From the NCBI RefSeq assembly GCF_044704955.1, contig NC_091987.1:69068001-69132000 (forward strand): a DNA stretch of 64,000 nucleotides, written 5' to 3'. This document shows positions 60,203 through 64,000 of the stretch, piece by piece. Under the pieces are notes generated by a model, which ran no database searches, had not been told where the DNA came from, and was given only the letters and a program-made list of their open reading frames with translations. This DNA comes from Pristiophorus japonicus. Taxonomy: Eukaryota. The number at the start of each line of letters is the position of its first letter. The stretch's first letter is position 1. Both the position numbers and the translations under genes were made by a program.

Positions 60203-62520
60203 ACATAACATAAGAAATAGGAGCAGGAGTAGGCCATACGGCCCCTCGAGCCTGCTCCACCATTTAATACGATCATGGCTGATCCGATCATGGACTCAGG
60301 TCCATTTCCCTGCCCGCTCCCCATAATCCCTTATTCCCTTATCGATTAAGAAACTGTCTATCTCTGTCTTAAATGTATTCAATGACCCAGCTTCCACAAC
60401 TCTCTGATGCAGCGAATTCCACAGATTTACAACCCTCTGAGAGAAGAAATTACTCATCTCAGTTTTAAATGGATGGTGATTCATCCTTACTATACAGTAA
60501 AAATGCACACGAGGCCCATGCTTGAGAGGTCAGTCTGTGACCTGTCCTTTATTCCTTAGCACTCAAGTGATGAAGGTGGGTGGAGCTTCCCCTTTTATAC
60601 CTGAAGGTCCAGGTTAGGAGTGTCTCCCACCTAGTGGTCAGTGTTCTCACGGTGTACAACTTAGGTCAGTTTATACATGGGTTACAATGCTGGTTGAATA
60701 CATGACATCACCTTCCCCCCCCCCCCCCCCCAAAAGTCTTATTGGGATCACAGGTTGAGTCGCTGGTGGTTTACGCTCCCTTGTAGAGCGCCTGAGTTGG
60801 GGCTCCGGTTGTTGGGCGCTGGCCTGAGTGTCTGCTGTTTGCGGTGCCTCAGGCCTGTCCGGACTGCCCACAGTGACTGGGCTCTCCTCCCTTTGGTTCC
60901 GGTGTTCGGTCACCTGTGGTGGAGTGAACTCTATATCGTGTTCTTCCTCTGCTTCTTCTATGGGGTTGCTGAACCTCCTTTTTGTTTGATCCACATGTTT
61001 GCGGCAGATTTGTCCATTTAACTACCAGAATCCTACTTCCCTCTTTGGGAACCACAGTGCTTGCGAGCCATTTGGGCCCTGCAGCGTAGTTGAGTACAAA
61101 AACAGGATCATTTACATCAATACATCGTGCCCTCGCATTCCTGTCATGGTAGTCATATTGTGACTGGCGCCTGCTCTCGACAATTTCTTTCATGGTGGGG
61201 TGTATAAGGGATAGCCGGGTTTTGAGCGTCCTTTTCATTAGTAGCTCTGCGGGTGGAACCCCTGTGAGCGAGTGTGGTCGGGATCTATAGGCCAACAGGA
61301 GGTGTGATAAGCGGGTTTGTAGGGAACCCCCTTGGATTCTGAGCATCCCCTGTTTGATTATCCATCAGGGACTGGCTGGCACCCGTGTCTAACTCCATTG
61401 ATACTGGGATGCCATTGAGGAGCACTTTCATCATTATCGGTGGCGTCCTGGTGTATGAACTGTATATGTGCTCCACATGAACTCGCTGAACTTCAGCTTC
61501 CAGCGATTTCCCCCAGTGTCCATTTCTGCAATTTCTGCAGGTATTTTGCTCACCTCTGCAAACTCCGGCTGAATGTATGCCTCCACGCCTCCAGCATGAG
61601 TTGCGGTTTGAAACAAAAGGTCCCTTGCTAGTCGATCGTCCCTGACTGCCCCTGTTATTGTCCTTGAGTGCATTATTAACAGGTGTTGATGGCCCCATTA
61701 CTGGCCGCATTGTCCCTTGCAATGGCGTGAATCGCTGTTCAGCTTGCCATTGTCTCTGTCGAACTCCCCCTCTGGGTTCGACTACATGTTGGGGCATGCC
61801 CGACTGCCCTTGGCTGCCTGGAGAACTGTGTGCTGCTTTAACAATGTTGAATCTCTGTCCCAACCATTCCTTAACACAGTACCTCTCTGTTCTGCTAGTG
61901 GCCATGCTCGCGTGGTTTAAATCCCAGTTTCTTGTCACCATTGATACGTCCTTACTATACAGTAAAAATGCACACGAGGCCCATGCTTGAGAGGTCAGTC
62001 TGTGACCTGTCCTTTATTCCTTAGCACTCAAGTGATGAAGGTGGGTGGAGCTTCCCCTTTTATACCTGAAGGTCCAGGTTAGGAGTGTCTCCCACCTAGT
62101 GGTCAGTGTTCTCACGGTGTACAACTTAGGTCAGTTTATACATGGGTTACAATGCTGGTTGAATACATGACAGGTTGCCCCTTATTCTAAGATTATGCCC
62201 CCGAGTTCTAGTCTCCCCTATCAGTGCAAACATCTTCTCTGCATCCACCTTATTAAGCCCCCTCATAATCTTATACGTTTCAATAAGATCACCTCTCATT
62301 CTTCTGAATTCCAATGAGTAGAGGCCCAACCTACTCAACCTTTCCTCATAAGTCAACCCTCTCATCTCCAGAATCAACCGAGTGAACCTTCTCTGAGCTG
62401 CCTCCAAAGCAAGTATATCCTTTCTTAAATATGGAGACCAAAACTGTACGCAGTATTCCAGGTGTGGCCTCACAAATACCCTGTAAAACTGTAGCAAGAC
62501 TTTCCTGCTTTTATACTCCA
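60203..62520 (-). mobile_element. CR1 3' fragment split by the LTR element
   Basis: RPHLEYCVQFWSP (62147-62575) continues as FKTEM..FFSQRVVNLWNS (60296-60476); CATAACATAAGAAA tail. Confidence 0.9.
60477..62172 (-). mobile_element. Internally deleted Gypsy/Ty3 LTR retrotransposon with two 231-bp LTRs (60477-60707, 61942-62172)
   Basis: TG...CA LTRs nearly identical. PBS-like TGGTGACAAGAAACTGGGAT next to the 5' LTR and a polypurine tract next to the 3' LTR. Protease MELDTGAS and integrase C-terminus YRSRPHSLTGVPPAELL. Confidence 0.93.
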
Positions 62521-64000
62521 TCATCATCATCATAGGCAGTCCCTTGAAATCGAGGAAGACTTGCTTCCACTTCAAAAGTGAGTTCTCAGGTGAGTGAGCA
62601 GTCCAATTCGGGAATTACAGTCTCTGTCACAGATGGGACAGAGTCGTTGGAGGAAAGGGTGAGTAGGGACTCTGGTTTGCTGCACGCTCATTCTACTGCC
62701 TGCACTTGTTTTCTGCATGCTCTCAGCGACGAGACTTGAGGTGCTCAGCACCTTCCCGGATGCTCTTCCTCCACTTAGGGCGGTCTTTGGCCAGGGACTC
62801 CCAGATGTCGGTGAGCATGTTGCACTTTATCAAGGCGGCTTTGAGGGTGTCCTTGAAACATTTCCTCTGCTCACCTGGGGCTCGCTTGCCGTGTAGGAGT
62901 TCCAAGTAGAGCACTTGCTTTGGGAGTCTTGTGTCCGGCATGCGGACAATGTGGCCCGTCCAACAGAGCTGGTTGAGTGTGGTCACTGCTTCAATGCTGG
63001 GGATGTTGGCCTGATTGAAAACACGAACGTTGGGTGCATCTATCCGCACAGGGGATTTGCAGGATCTTGCGGAGACATCGTTGATGGTATTTCTCCAGCG
63101 ATTTGAGGTGTCTACTGTATATGGTCCATGTCTGTGAGCCATACAGGAGGGCGGCTATTGCTACAGCCCTGTAAACCATAAGCTTGGTGCCAGATTTGAG
63201 GGCCTGATCTTCGAACACTCTCTTCCTCAGGCGGCCGAAGGCTGCCCTGGCGCACCGGAGACGGTGTTGAACCTCGTCGTCGATGTCTGCCCTTGCTGAT
63301 AATAGGCACGTGAGGTATGGAAAATGGTCCACATTGTCCAGGGCCATGCCGTGGATCTTGATGACTGGGGGGCAGTGCTGTGTGGCGGGGTCAGGTTGGT
63401 GGAGGATCTTTGTCTTACGGATGTTTAGTGTAAGGCCCATGCTTTCGTACGCCTCGGTAAAGATGTTGACGATCACTTGGAGTTCAGCCTCTGAATGTGT
63501 GCAGACGCAAGCGTCATCCACATACTGTAGTTCGACGACAGAGGATGTGACGGTCTTGGATCTGACCTGGAGGTGACGAAGGTTGAACAGGTTCCCACTG
63601 GTTCGATAGTTTAGTTCCACTCCATCGGGGAGCTTGTTGAATGTGAGGTGGAGCATTGCAGCAAGGAAGATCGAGAAGAGTTTTGACGCGATGACGCAGC
63701 CCTGCTTGACCCCGATTCGGACGTGGATTGGGTCTGTGGTGGATCTGTTGGTCAGAATCACGGCTTGCATTCCATCTTGGAGCAGGCAGAGGATGGCAAC
63801 AAACTTTTGGGGGCAGCTGAAACGGAGGAGGACACTCCATAGTCCCTCGCGGTTAACAGTATCAAAGGCCTTTGTAAGGTCAAAGAAAGCCATGTACAAC
63901 GGTTTTTGCTATTTCCTGCATTTCTCTTGCAATTGTCGCGCCGTAAAGGACATCTCTGTCATGCCCCATAGTGGACGGAATCCACATTGTGACTCCGGGA
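62520..64000 (-). mobile_element. RTE-clade (BovB-like) LINE, RT and 3' end, running off the window
   Basis: FFDLTKAFDTVNREGLW, GVKQGC, LQYVDD and RLPKQ..Y.EL..GKR; (ATG)n tail at 62519-62533. Confidence 0.95.

Overview
Repeat-rich vertebrate genomic DNA. The repeat content (CR1 LINEs, Deu-domain SINEs, Harbinger elements) suggests a cartilaginous fish; this is an inference. Three host genes lie on the + strand. (1) The last three coding exons of TRIM45 (509-8693). (2) A small non-rearranging, germline-joined VJ-type Ig-superfamily gene, NKp30/CD28-family-like (leader 26296-26329, VJ exon ~26452-26820), with no convincing transmembrane exon. (3) A B7-family gene, VTCN1/B7-H4- or HHLA2-like (leader 40835-40884, IgV 43640-43981, IgC 51859-52134, short hydrophilic tail exon from 54844), also with no visible TM exon. 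Between genes 2 and 3 are a ~1 kb duplicated ISRE-bearing unit and two strand-asymmetric minisatellites. The rest is nested mobile DNA: four degenerate two-gene Harbinger transposons plus MITEs, many CR1 copies (one near full length and chimeric), a Tx1 fragment inside a CR1, L2, RTE, SINEs, a Tigger-like MITE and a young internally deleted Gypsy element. The best candidate for a new system is the linked VJ-receptor-like plus B7-ligand-like pair beside TRIM45. All exon models are manual predictions and repeat boundaries are approximate.
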